A stretch of DNA of 64,000 bases from a virus (taxonomy: Duplodnaviria > Caudoviricetes), in the IMG/VR virus record IMGVR_UViG_3300031418_000007, one strand, 5' to 3'. The notes under the pieces are model-generated. The model had not been told where the DNA came from, searched no databases, and worked only from the letters and a program-made list of their open reading frames with translations. Of the stretch, positions 29,945-40,085 are shown piece by piece (position 1 is the stretch's first letter; the number at the start of each line of letters is the position of its first letter). Position numbers and translations under genes: made by a program.

Positions 29945-31574
29945 TATCCAATTCCGGCTTAATCGCGTGCATCATCATGTTCAGGTTCATGAGGTGGGTT
30001 GCTGGCATGCCGGCTAATCCACTAACACGGAACGGAACATTTTTATCCAGGGTTTGGTGGTGGCCGAACGAACCGTAGGCTTTGGCCTTGGATTCATTAT
30101 CCAGACAGAAACGAATTGGCATTTGGTCGCCATCGAAGTCAGCGTTGTACGACGGGCACGCCAGAATCGAGATCTTCAGACTTTCGTCATCCAAGCTGCG
30201 GTTTACGGCTACCCAGAACGCTTTGATACTCAGATATTCGTTTGATGGATTTCGGTGAGACTTACCGAGGATCATGCGCTGTTCTTCCATACGACGCAGG
30301 AAGTCATCAACAACGTCATCCACTTTGTAGGCGGTGATATTGAGATGACGCATGGCTTTAAGCGGCGTGAAACCACGACGATAAAGTTCGTTGGTGATGT
30401 GGACTGCTAATGCAGACACCGCCAACTTCCACGGTACTAGGATCTTGTTAGGATCGATCAACCCTGTGATAGAGGTGATAACACGACGACCTGTTACAGG
30501 TAAGTTACCCGAACAGATATGTTTACGACTAATCGCTTTCTTGTGGAAGATGTTGCGTCGATTCAACTTCTTCATATACATATCTGTGAGCTCAATGATC
30601 TTGGCACCCACGATACCACAGTTGCGACGTTTATCTTGTTCAGTCAGTTCATAGAACTCACTGGATCTTTTACAACCAGCGATGGTGTAATAGATCTGTT
30701 TGGTTTCAGGCTGACCTTCGACACCCCAGGTACCACGCTCGTTGTGCTCCAGGATAGTGGAGAAGCGACTTGGTACTTTCAGATAGCTGAAGAAGGCTTT
30801 GTGCTTAAATCGGTTCCAGAATGTCCAGGCTTCGAGTGCTCGTTCTTTTAACCCCGTGTGTTTTGCTCCTGGTCCCGTTAAGAAATAGGCCATAAGCAAT
30901 TCACAATTGCGATAGAAACCGTTCATGCTGATATCGTCGATACCTAAATCCTTTAGGATGTTCAGTAACAGCATTTCCGTAACCGCGTGCTTCTTCTTGA
31001 TCTCACGGCGATAGGTCGGGTCCATGAAATACCGCGCAATGATAATGCGCTGGGAACCTTGCTTCACCACACAGATGGAAGAGAAGAACGTGTTATAGAA
31101 AGAATGACTTACAAACGCGTCAACGCCTTCAGGTGCTTTTACCCACAGGCCGACTTCGTGTTGCTTGTCATAATGAAGTTCTACCGTATTACCACAGTTA
31201 GGACAGCTAATACCGCTACCGACTAAGTAGTTGCCTTTCAGTGTCCCACACCCCGGACTGCATTGAGCGAGCTGCATAAACGTGTTGCCCTGAAACTCCA
31301 TGCGAGTCAGTTCAGCAAGACGTGTGCGGTCTTCTTCAATGTTGAGGTCATAATCATTGAGATAGATCGGTGTTGATTCCGACGTATCGTGCAGGTAATT
31401 ATAATCCTCGAAGTCAGGGTAATGCGGTGTAATAAATTTCAGATCATCGGGAAGACGATGTTCAACACCTTGGGCATACTCTTTGAACTTGGCAATAGGG
31501 TTCATGTCAACCAGATCCGGCGAGGTTAACTTAGCAATCATTCGTTCAAGTTCAGGAGATGGGGTTGGAAACAT
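29937..31574 (-). CDS. Non-virion RNAP beta' subunit, catalytic N-terminal part (phiKZ gp55-like), intron-less
   Basis: Catalytic YNADFDGD motif and N-terminal Zn finger (C..GC...CPNCG); adjacent to chmA. Confidence 0.92.
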   Translation of the reverse strand: MFPTPSPELERMIAKLTSPDLVDMNPIAKFKEYAQGVEHRLPDDLKFITPHYPDFEDYNYLHDTSESTPIYLNDYDLNIEEDRTRLAELTRMEFQGNTFMQLAQCSPGCGTLKGNYLVGSGISCPNCGNTVELHYDKQHEVGLWVKAPEGVDAFVSHSFYNTFFSSICVVKQGSQRIIIARYFMDPTYRREIKKKHAVTEMLLLNILKDLGIDDISMNGFYRNCELLMAYFLTGPGAKHTGLKERALEAWTFWNRFKHKAFFSYLKVPSRFSTILEHNERGTWGVEGQPETKQIYYTIAGCKRSSEFYELTEQDKRRNCGIVGAKIIELTDMYMKKLNRRNIFHKKAISRKHICSGNLPVTGRRVITSITGLIDPNKILVPWKLAVSALAVHITNELYRRGFTPLKAMRHLNITAYKVDDVVDDFLRRMEEQRMILGKSHRNPSNEYLSIKAFWVAVNRSLDDESLKISILACPSYNADFDGDQMPIRFCLDNESKAKAYGSFGHHQTLDKNVPFRVSGLAGMPATHLMNLNMMMHAIKPELDNE

Positions 31575-31661
31575 ATTTCACCATAAAAAATAAAGAAAGG
31601 GAAGAATGAGTTGGAGGTTTCCCCCCAACTCACCTGTCCTTGTGGTCAGCCGATCACGTTA

Positions 31662-33641
31662 TTAGATAACGTTGTAAGCATCCCAGTTACCACCGCCCTG
31701 CTGGTTGGTGTTCACGCCAGCAACGTAGTCAACGGCCAGTGAAGTACCTGGAGCGAAGATTGCGTCGTTGTTCATGAAGTTACCAGAGATAGAGCTGGTG
31801 TTCAGAGTACCGATGGTAGAGAACACGGTACCCAGCAGGTTCATGAAACCTGGATCCATTACTGCCACGCGACCGAAACCGTTGATTTCCAGATCGGTCA
31901 GGTTCATCGCTTCGGTCAGCATGATACGCAGACGCTGCTGACGCGCTTTGATGTTTTCACGGTCGTTCTGCTGGTACATGGTACGCAGGAAGACGTCAGC
32001 ATTAGCGCCGCCGCTTGGACCTGCGAAGTGATGCACAGACATCTCATCCAGTTCGCCCAGGTTGAACAGCTCGCCGTTGAAGCGCGCAGTACCGTCGACA
32101 ACCAGGATGTTTGACGCGTGATAGATCGGCTTGGTAGGGTTCCAACCTTTGCTTTCCACACCAGAGTTGGTTGCAGCAGCTTTGGAGAACGCACCACCAG
32201 AGATCGCATCAGCCGCAGTCATGATCGCTTTAACCGCATCCGCTTTCGTGGTTGGGTTATTGAGATCGATCAGCAGTTTGGTCAGTGCAGAGTTCGCGCC
32301 GGTAGGCAGGATTGGCACAGTGAAGATCGCCTGCTGCATGATGTGCTGCTGGATCCAACGGTTAACCAGCTCGATATCGATGATGGTTTTGCTGTCCAGC
32401 TTGGTGCTGTTCTGACCCACGATACGAGTGATATGGTTATCACCGAACAGTTTGTCCAGACGCGGTTCCAGGTTAACCAGGTTACCACGAACACCACACT
32501 TAGAACGACGCAGTACGTCAGCAAAGGCGTACTTGTTGTTCGCACACATCAGAACGTACAGACCCATCAGGAACGGAATGATACCGCCGTTGGAGTTCAT
32601 CTGCGGACCAGCCACTGCGTTGTTCAGGGCGATACACGGACGGAACGGACGGTAGCCATCATTCATCGGACCACCCAGACCCATTGGGTTGATGTTGGCA
32701 CGACGGATGTTGACCAGGTATTCCTGATGGTTTACCGGCAGCAGTGACACGTTGGCGTGAACACGCGCAACTTCACGCGGTGTTGCATCAGCGTTCGGGT
32801 TGTTCTGACCATACTGGTTCGGGTTAGTGGTAACCACAGCGACTTCCATGTTGGAAGGCAGCAGTACACCGTTTTCGCCCAGCACCGGAGAGGTGATCGC
32901 AGAGATACGCGCATCAGCGGTACCGTTGGCGCCGTATGGCTGACCAGAGAAGAACGGAGATGGCAGAGACGCACCCGGCGCATTTGCAGTCTGACGAACT
33001 ACTTCAATCAGGATACCAGTTTCCCACTCGCGATCCATGTAACCCTGGATACGATCGACGATACGCTTCTCTTCGTTGCGGATGTCGCCGTACTGCTCCA
33101 GGTTGATCACGCCAGCAGCGATCTGTACCACGTTGGTGGTCTGACCGTGGTTGGATTTGAACTTCTGAATCAGTTCGTGGTTCAGACGTTTGTCGATGTA
33201 GCCAGCCGGAGTTTTCGGCACGTTTACACGATGCTGATTGTTCGCGGTGTACATCATCACTTCTTCAACGTCGACGATCATGTTCTTGGTGTAGAACAGG
33301 AACGGTGCAACGTAGATGGTGTTTTCCTGTTTCAGCCACAGCACCAGGCCCGGCAGAATCGGAGACAGGTTCGGATCGATCACGTCGATTTCCGGAACGA
33401 TCTTAGACTTCAGCGTGTTCAGACGATCTTCTTTGCGCTGCTTGAAGACTTTCTGAAGCTCTTCCTGCACGGTGGTCATCTCTGGGATAACACGGCCGGT
33501 GAAGGTTGAAGAAGTCTGTGACAGCAGACCCAGCAGGCTCGTCAGCCCAGAAGTCTGTGTGTTACGGTTTTCGTTGGTACGGCTGTTGCTGCCGTTATCT
33601 TCCCACGAATTGTTGTTACCGTTGTTGTTATTAACGCCCAT
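31662..33641 (-). CDS. chmA: Chimallin, the major phage nuclear shell protein
   Basis: 659 aa with highly expressed codon bias, N-rich N-terminal arm and extended C-terminal segments; canonical position next to the gp55-like gene; own early promoter. Confidence 0.85.
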   Translation of the reverse strand: MGVNNNNGNNNSWEDNGSNSRTNENRNTQTSGLTSLLGLLSQTSSTFTGRVIPEMTTVQEELQKVFKQRKEDRLNTLKSKIVPEIDVIDPNLSPILPGLVLWLKQENTIYVAPFLFYTKNMIVDVEEVMMYTANNQHRVNVPKTPAGYIDKRLNHELIQKFKSNHGQTTNVVQIAAGVINLEQYGDIRNEEKRIVDRIQGYMDREWETGILIEVVRQTANAPGASLPSPFFSGQPYGANGTADARISAITSPVLGENGVLLPSNMEVAVVTTNPNQYGQNNPNADATPREVARVHANVSLLPVNHQEYLVNIRRANINPMGLGGPMNDGYRPFRPCIALNNAVAGPQMNSNGGIIPFLMGLYVLMCANNKYAFADVLRRSKCGVRGNLVNLEPRLDKLFGDNHITRIVGQNSTKLDSKTIIDIELVNRWIQQHIMQQAIFTVPILPTGANSALTKLLIDLNNPTTKADAVKAIMTAADAISGGAFSKAAATNSGVESKGWNPTKPIYHASNILVVDGTARFNGELFNLGELDEMSVHHFAGPSGGANADVFLRTMYQQNDRENIKARQQRLRIMLTEAMNLTDLEINGFGRVAVMDPGFMNLLGTVFSTIGTLNTSSISGNFMNNDAIFAPGTSLAVDYVAGVNTNQQGGGNWDAYNVI

Positions 33642-33744
33642 TGTACTTCTCCATTATTTACTTGTTTAAAGGTTTCTTGTTACATTCGAATGTAGAAACA
33701 CAATAAGATATCATCGCAATGAAATATCATTAAGGTTTATACAG

Positions 33745-33770
33745 CTTAGTAATGTAGACTTGAAATATTT
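33745..33770 (-). promoter_or_regulatory. Early-type promoter for chmA
   Basis: Minus strand AAATATTTCAAGTCTACATTACTAAG. Confidence 0.7.
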
Positions 33771-33878
33771 TTGGATCATGCAAAATGTTATGTGAATAAC
33801 GAAATATGCGTGGTGACCCCGAGTCCACACGGTTGCCCGCGTGTATGTACATATAATAGGTAATGCTGGTAAAAAATT

Positions 33879-34970
33879 ATGAAAACAATTCTTGTCGATA
33901 CTTCCGTGAGTTTACGACTCCCTGCTATGCGTTACCCCCAAATCAGTAACGTGCTGCGTAACAACAGCTACAACGTTAAACAAATGTGGAAACGCATCGG
34001 TGAAAAGAATCTCACCCTCTTTAACCAAAATGTCCTGGTGGGTTTGTTACAGACGCTTTCCATTGACCCAGACTGGACGCTCGAATACGTAGCCGCTTAT
34101 GCCAAACTGCGTAGCCGCTCCTTGTGTTCTGCCTTCGAGATTATCTCTCCACACAATCGCCAAGGCATTCATAAAGATACGCTTTTTTACGGCGGGTGTA
34201 CAGAATGCTTCTGTCTGTTAGAAAATAATCGTGACATCACTGAAGTCGATGCCATGAGTTTGCGGGAACTGGTGCCAATCTATTCCACGATTAATACCTG
34301 GAGCTACAACCCCAGCGCTGAAAGGGAACGTAAGTCCCAGTTTGACTACAGCAAAGACTTTGCCATGATTGGTGTTAACATCGTGGAGCTGGCAGTGGGT
34401 TGGTGGTTATATATGAAAGACCCTGCCAATGACGGTCACGGTATTCATCATTACCTGGCCACTATCGTTACGCCGAAGTTTGGTATCCTGCATAATGAGT
34501 TAGCCTACTTCAATTCCCTGTACCAACACATTGTTAACCGTGTGGGTTACAGCGAGTTGTTAGAAGGTGAAGGTCTTGACTTTAATATTGTCAAGATTCG
34601 TAACGATCTGCTGGATATGTTGACGTTCCAGGTCAAAAGCATGAAGTCCAGTTCATGGGACACTTCGCTGCTGCTGATGAGCTATCTGTCTACAGAGCTG
34701 ACCCCCAACCTCAAAGGTTTGTTTGACGCTAACAGCTACGCTTTGGAATACAACCCTAATGTCATCTGGGGCTTTGAACTCAACGCGGTGAAGTTCTATC
34801 AAATCTACCTGACGCTGTGTAATGAACTGAGCTATACACCGAGTTCTATTGCCGGTACGCTGAAACAGCACGCCCCGCTTGTGGCGAGTCGTTGGAAGTT
34901 AATAGAGGACCCTGCTTTTAAGGCGCATGCATTAGAACAGCTGAATAAACTTAACCTGATGAACGCATAG
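33879..34970 (+). CDS. Hypothetical core protein (363 aa)
   Basis: Divergent from chmA; ends at the hairpin at about 34974-35000. Confidence 0.75.
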   Translation: MKTILVDTSVSLRLPAMRYPQISNVLRNNSYNVKQMWKRIGEKNLTLFNQNVLVGLLQTLSIDPDWTLEYVAAYAKLRSRSLCSAFEIISPHNRQGIHKDTLFYGGCTECFCLLENNRDITEVDAMSLRELVPIYSTINTWSYNPSAERERKSQFDYSKDFAMIGVNIVELAVGWWLYMKDPANDGHGIHHYLATIVTPKFGILHNELAYFNSLYQHIVNRVGYSELLEGEGLDFNIVKIRNDLLDMLTFQVKSMKSSSWDTSLLLMSYLSTELTPNLKGLFDANSYALEYNPNVIWGFELNAVKFYQIYLTLCNELSYTPSSIAGTLKQHAPLVASRWKLIEDPAFKAHALEQLNKLNLMNA

Positions 34971-35019
34971 ATAATAGCTACTGGCATTGCCAGTAGCTAC
35001 ACATAGTATTATGTTTGTT

Positions 35020-37101
35020 TTAGTGTTCGTCTGACACCAGACGCGTGATGTTTTTGTTGGAGATATAAAGACCAGCTGACTCCAATACCGCATACACAGA
35101 TTTCAAGTTCTGCTTCACGATACGACGAGTATCTGTACCCTTAATGATCTCCTGAGGAATGGTGTGGATGGTCAACAGATTATCAACCGGTACATAGAAA
35201 GTTGTTAACTTGTCTTGACCACGTGCTTCTAAATACGCTTTCAACCGATGTTTGATTTCACAATCGCCCAACAGATCCAGGTATTCATTCAAACGTGACT
35301 TCGTGGTTAAATCGGTATTAACCTTGACACCCACATACGGAATCGGTGGTGCTGCTCCGTACTTGTCTGCAAACACGGCTTCCCACAATTCATGATACTG
35401 ATACACAGAAGCTTCAGGATCACTATACACTTCCTTGTCTTTGATGGTTGCCTTGCTCAACCAAACCCAATCCCCGCCGTTGATGCCGTCGATAACCATA
35501 CGCTCCAGTTCTGCTACGTTGTGCAGCAGGATGGTTGCATCCATCTTCTGTTTGTTATAAATCACATCCAGGATGTCACGCATGAGTTTGTGAGCGAAGT
35601 CTTTAATAACCTTGGCCACTTTAGACGAACGAAGATGAACACCCTTGATCTCCATTTTGATCTTGGAGTGCATTACGCCTTCTTGCATCAGCTGTGTCGC
35701 GTAATAGTGCTTGGACATCAGCGTGGTAACGTATGAACCGAACAGGTATTCGTTCTTCATGTTCAGGTTATACAAGTTACAGTCAGAAACGTTCATGTTC
35801 TTGCTGAGCTGTGCGTGCTGATGAATCGCCATCAAGCGAATGAAGTACGTCAACACACCGTTCAACATGATCATGACTTCTGGCGTTCCGCCGTACATAT
35901 TACAAACATCGTCAGCACTATAAATAGAGGAGTCGGTGTCTGAGGTCAGTACTGCTTCACGCACCATTTCAGTCACGGAGTAAACATCACTCACCGCTGT
36001 CTTGGTTTTAAAGAACACTTCAATAAAGTCAAACCATTTCTTCTCGAGTTCGAGGTGGTAGTGGTTTAACGCATTGATTTCAAGTTTGGATTTCTCCTGA
36101 CCAATCTTGGTAATGCACAGCGTGTAGTAGTCACCATCAGACGGCGGAGTAAAGTCGTCTTTGGTTTTCCCTTCTGGAATCTCTGGCACTTTCATCCAGT
36201 CATCCAGGTATTCGCGAATCACGCTGTAGTTAGTGGCAAACAACCCTTGCAGGTCACCAATACACAAGATCGCCGTACGCTCTTCGGGATTCAACATCTC
36301 CACGAAGTCACGCAGCTTGTCGTAGTTCTCTTTGTTGTTCCAATAATACTTGGTGCAACGGTAGATCATTTCCATGACTTGATCTACAGTGGCGTGAACC
36401 ATCTTCAACCGCTCCATTGTTGCAAGCAGTTTTGGGAAGTCCGTTGACCGCAGCACTGCCACCATATGCTGTAGCGTTTTCTTATAGTTAATGAAGAGAC
36501 GGTTACCGTTGAGCAAACGTTCATTCATTAAGTTAACGGTTGAGGTTACCGTACGGCAAGTAGAGGTCAAAGAAGTGTGACCTGACTTGTTACGAATAGG
36601 TGTACCGTTTGAAGACATCGCACCCGATTGGGCGTTGTTAAAGATCTTGAGGGCGTTCTGGATTTCGTTATACGTTTTGTACGCATAATCGTCTTTCTCC
36701 AGACTCGCCTTGCTACGCAGCTTTTTATACTTGCCACGATCTGCAATATACTTTTCCGTTCCCAGCGCATTGACCGACGGACATTCGTCGTAGTTGGTGT
36801 AGCCCACAAAAGAAGGACTTAAGTGCAGGTTCTTTTCTTCCACTGTTGCGAAGAATTCCCGCGCACCTTTTACCTTGACTTCACGATCGCCGTACTTGTT
36901 CTTCTCTAATACTTTAAATTTAACTTCATTAAAGCCGTTCTGATTAACCTTGAAGACATGCTTAACCCATTTCAACATCTTGGCCGATGAGGTCTTATAA
37001 TGATGTGAAAGGTAATAGGCTATCTGTTCATGGTAGAACTTAAGAAAATCTCGGTCTGCGGTATAGTTGGCATTTTTAAATGGATTAATAGTCGTTTCCA
37101 C
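35020..37101 (-). CDS. Family B DNA polymerase, motif B/C half (phiKZ gp50-like)
   Basis: Motif B-like ALKIFNNAQSG, motif C LTSDTDSS and KGVHL. Confidence 0.88.
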   Translation of the reverse strand: METTINPFKNANYTADRDFLKFYHEQIAYYLSHHYKTSSAKMLKWVKHVFKVNQNGFNEVKFKVLEKNKYGDREVKVKGAREFFATVEEKNLHLSPSFVGYTNYDECPSVNALGTEKYIADRGKYKKLRSKASLEKDDYAYKTYNEIQNALKIFNNAQSGAMSSNGTPIRNKSGHTSLTSTCRTVTSTVNLMNERLLNGNRLFINYKKTLQHMVAVLRSTDFPKLLATMERLKMVHATVDQVMEMIYRCTKYYWNNKENYDKLRDFVEMLNPEERTAILCIGDLQGLFATNYSVIREYLDDWMKVPEIPEGKTKDDFTPPSDGDYYTLCITKIGQEKSKLEINALNHYHLELEKKWFDFIEVFFKTKTAVSDVYSVTEMVREAVLTSDTDSSIYSADDVCNMYGGTPEVMIMLNGVLTYFIRLMAIHQHAQLSKNMNVSDCNLYNLNMKNEYLFGSYVTTLMSKHYYATQLMQEGVMHSKIKMEIKGVHLRSSKVAKVIKDFAHKLMRDILDVIYNKQKMDATILLHNVAELERMVIDGINGGDWVWLSKATIKDKEVYSDPEASVYQYHELWEAVFADKYGAAPPIPYVGVKVNTDLTTKSRLNEYLDLLGDCEIKHRLKAYLEARGQDKLTTFYVPVDNLLTIHTIPQEIIKGTDTRRIVKQNLKSVYAVLESAGLYISNKNITRLVSDEH

Positions 37102-37172
37102 AAATACCTCAGAGAAAAAAATAAAGTTAAACTGCTATTCCCTATGATGGGAATAGCAGTAATATATTACCT

Positions 37173-37589
37173 TTATTTCACGTCAGTGTTGTCAAGCGAT
37201 GTGAATTTCGCACCTAAGTTACGATACGTATTTTCAATCACTGAACGCCACTCTTCTTTGAAGTTGTGAATGACGTAAGTTACTTCACGTGTGGTAACAG
37301 GTGAGTAGGTACTGTCCATTACCCAAGGCACACCAATGACTTCCATCGTTCCGTTGGCGTTTTCCACCGCAAAGTATTTGTACTTCGCCGGGTCATCCAC
37401 GTTGTCGACTTTATCACGGAAGTAAGTAAACATGTTCTTGTGTTTACTATTTAAGTTGGGATCCAGCTTCACGGCCGCACTGTAGCTCATGGGAGGTGCA
37501 ACCACAGTAACACCTGTGCGCTTGCCTCCCAGAACAGTATCGGTCATTAAACTGAAGTCAACGATGTCACCTTCGTTTACGGTGATCAT
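37173..37589 (-). CDS. Hypothetical core protein (138 aa)
   Basis: GGAG RBS; beta-rich. Confidence 0.75.
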   Translation of the reverse strand: MITVNEGDIVDFSLMTDTVLGGKRTGVTVVAPPMSYSAAVKLDPNLNSKHKNMFTYFRDKVDNVDDPAKYKYFAVENANGTMEVIGVPWVMDSTYSPVTTREVTYVIHNFKEEWRSVIENTYRNLGAKFTSLDNTDVK

Positions 37590-37597
37590 TGATGCTC

Positions 37598-37933
37598 CTA
37601 TTTAATAATGAGGGTGATGGTATAACGAATGTAGGGGAAATTGATGATGTCTTCACCTACCTTCAGTGGATAGGAAAGATGCAAAGATAACGTAGGCTCT
37701 ACCAGTGCCGCACCACTTTCTGCCAGGTGTCTAACCGGCATGAGAATCGCCTCATACAGAGGGGATGATTCACCGTGGTGAGTTGCACGCTCAATGGCTG
37801 CATCGAGCTTCTGGTAAAACCAATCTTCCTTAACGGACTGAATGGGCATGTCCACTAAAATGTCGTCATCTTTAAGCAACTCCCACAGCTTCAGGTAACA
37901 AAGCCCGGTGTCGTTAAGGAGAGTATATTGCAT
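37598..37933 (-). CDS. Small hypothetical protein (111 aa)
   Basis: Member of the tight phuZ-to-polymerase operon. Confidence 0.7.
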   Translation of the reverse strand: MQYTLLNDTGLCYLKLWELLKDDDILVDMPIQSVKEDWFYQKLDAAIERATHHGESSPLYEAILMPVRHLAESGAALVEPTLSLHLSYPLKVGEDIINFPYIRYTITLIIK

Positions 37934-37936
37934 GGT

Positions 37937-38236
37937 TTATTTTCCGAGGATAAAACTGATTCGCACAGAATTGCCAGTTACCTTCATATCCGCGACTTCA
38001 ACATCACCGTACTCGTTCTTAAACTTCCAGAGCAGGTCATTCACCTTTTGGAAATCAAGCAACAGACGATCCTGCGCTTCCTTCACGCCATTGGTGAGTT
38101 TGTTATACGGACTGGTGCAGTTAGGCAGAGAATGCTTTACACCGTGCGCGTTAAACAGCGACAGGTAATGAAACACCATGTCTTCGAGATTGGTATTAAC
38201 AGGGAAAGCGATGGAGGTGTCTTTACGAACGGCCAT
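37937..38236 (-). CDS. Small hypothetical protein (99 aa)
   Basis: AGGAG RBS. Confidence 0.7.
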   Translation of the reverse strand: MAVRKDTSIAFPVNTNLEDMVFHYLSLFNAHGVKHSLPNCTSPYNKLTNGVKEAQDRLLLDFQKVNDLLWKFKNEYGDVEVADMKVTGNSVRISFILGK

Positions 38237-38540
38237 ACAACGTTGCTCCTAAATTGTTCACCGAATATGAGTTGATCGTGAAGTCACGTTTAATGTTGTT
38301 GATCTGCAATGCCAGTTTGTCCAGACGCGGATTCAACTCCATCAACAGCTTACGACGCACCCATTCAGTTTCGACCAGAGGAGCAAAGAATGCATCGTAA
38401 TCAACACTACGACTGTGCACCATTGCCCCGATCAGTTTGTTAGCTACTTCCTCCCCAATCTCTTCATCCAGCAGCATATTAAGATCGCGCACCAGATTAA
38501 GAACCGGGATTGATTTCTGTTTCATCATTTCAGTGTCCAA
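38223..38540 (-). CDS. Small hypothetical protein (105 aa)
   Basis: Operonic; C-terminal SYSVNNLGATLYG. Confidence 0.7.
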   Translation of the reverse strand: MDTEMMKQKSIPVLNLVRDLNMLLDEEIGEEVANKLIGAMVHSRSVDYDAFFAPLVETEWVRRKLLMELNPRLDKLALQINNIKRDFTINSYSVNNLGATLYGRS

Positions 38541-38835
38541 CGAAGATCACCCCGAGATGGTTCACATTGTAGTCAAAGAATTCTCCGCGGTTGGTTTCAA
38601 CAGCCAACTCAATCCGCTTGAAATCTCGTTCGTGTCCTTCCAGGATAATATCAGCAAAGTCAACACCAGCGATGCCTGCCAGTTTTTCGTGGTAGTTCGG
38701 TGTGGTTTTTCCCATGGCGCAATCCACAGCATAACCCACCATCCACTCACCCCAATCAGGTACGTCGTTTTTATCGTCGACGAATTGATTGATGGCACTG
38801 ATAAGTTCACCTACATACAAGTTTTTAGTCAGCAT
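38530..38835 (-). CDS. Small hypothetical protein (101 aa)
   Basis: TAATG coupling with the upstream gene; C-terminal DYNVNHLGVIFVG. Confidence 0.7.
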   Translation of the reverse strand: MLTKNLYVGELISAINQFVDDKNDVPDWGEWMVGYAVDCAMGKTTPNYHEKLAGIAGVDFADIILEGHERDFKRIELAVETNRGEFFDYNVNHLGVIFVGH

Positions 38836-39233
38836 TAAGATTTCTCTACGTAATCAATTAACCACTGGTTATGCGTAATGAATTGAATTCGCACACCGTA
38901 CGTTAAACGCGGAACACCCAACAACGCACACAAACGCATACTTAATTCACAACACAGTTCATCAATAATTTCATTTTGATCTTCATAGTCGTAAGCAGCA
39001 CGGAAAGCATGAGTGAGGTAACGCTCCTGCGCGTAGATCCTTCCTTTATAGTAAGCCAGCTCATTTGCCAGTCGCTGATAAAGAGCAGGCATGAAAGAAG
39101 CCGAGGTGGTTTCTCCCAGACGCATTGGAATGTGTTTGTTTAATTCTTTTTCGACAAAGCCATCAAACGTGCGCAGATCAAGCGTTTTTTGCAGCCTTTT
39201 TAGTTTCTTTGTTGAACCAATCATTGAGTTCAT
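38835..39233 (-). CDS. Small hypothetical protein (start uncertain)
   Basis: ORF track gives 38835..39281; an internal ATG is more plausible. Confidence 0.6.
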   Translation of the reverse strand: MNSMIGSTKKLKRLQKTLDLRTFDGFVEKELNKHIPMRLGETTSASFMPALYQRLANELAYYKGRIYAQERYLTHAFRAAYDYEDQNEIIDELCCELSMRLCALLGVPRLTYGVRIQFITHNQWLIDYVEKS

Positions 39234-39696
39234 CCACACTAGGGTTATCGACAATGTCCTTGTCGGTGAAGGCACTCTCATAAACTTCTACTTGTTCGTG
39301 CTCCTTCATTGCCTCGTGTGTGGCTTCCAGGTCCATGCTGTAGAACAAAGTTTGATAAGCTTGACCAATTCTGCGTTCAGTGACTTTAATCTTGACGCGA
39401 GGATCCCAACCATTACTAACCGCTTTCTCCCGAAGCTTGGAAATTTCGATCTCGACGTATTCGACTAAGTTACCGGCGAACCCCACTTCAGACATGACTG
39501 TAGATAGCCCGTCTAAGTGGAAACTATTCTCACTGTTAAATACTTCTTCGACAAATGCAAACGCACGTTCGACAAATGATTTTACAAACGTTTCGCTGAG
39601 TTCGTCGTCTCCTTTATCCTCATTAGCTTTTGAGTTAATGTGAACAAACATTCTTTTATAATAAAGAAGGTCAATAACGTGAATGGGATGTAGCAT
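39178..39696 (-). CDS. Hypothetical protein (172 aa)
   Basis: Operonic ORF. Confidence 0.7.
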   Translation of the reverse strand: MLHPIHVIDLLYYKRMFVHINSKANEDKGDDELSETFVKSFVERAFAFVEEVFNSENSFHLDGLSTVMSEVGFAGNLVEYVEIEISKLREKAVSNGWDPRVKIKVTERRIGQAYQTLFYSMDLEATHEAMKEHEQVEVYESAFTDKDIVDNPSVDELNDWFNKETKKAAKNA

Positions 39697-39711
39697 GTGC
39701 AGTGAAACCTC

Positions 39712-40005
39712 TTAAAATAAAAACGAGACCTTAAAGGTATTACCCAAAGGTGTTATGCGGACCAGCGCATCCGAAGGGACGCCTAGAGCTTTATCGGCAA
39801 GAACTTCCGCGAGGTTGTTTAGCGCCATCTCTTCGTTTGGCGTCAGTGTCCCCATAGAAACATTGCTTTCAATCGTAAAACCTAAATCTTCTAAACCCCG
39901 ACACAAAAGAAAACGACGTCTGTCACGTTCTAAGGGTTTATCTGATTGACTCATAGGATCACCTGGACCCAACCGAGATAATTCAACAAGGAACGATCTA
40001 GACAC
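39712..40005 (-). CDS. Small hypothetical protein (97 aa)
   Basis: GTG start with GAGG upstream. Confidence 0.65.
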   Translation of the reverse strand: MSRSFLVELSRLGPGDPMSQSDKPLERDRRRFLLCRGLEDLGFTIESNVSMGTLTPNEEMALNNLAEVLADKALGVPSDALVRITPLGNTFKVSFLF

Positions 40006-40085
40006 GTTAATGACCTCATTTGAATGAAAAAAATAATACTACTAGGGCTTCCCCTAGTAGTATATTCGTTTTAGTGTTTTTTTAC

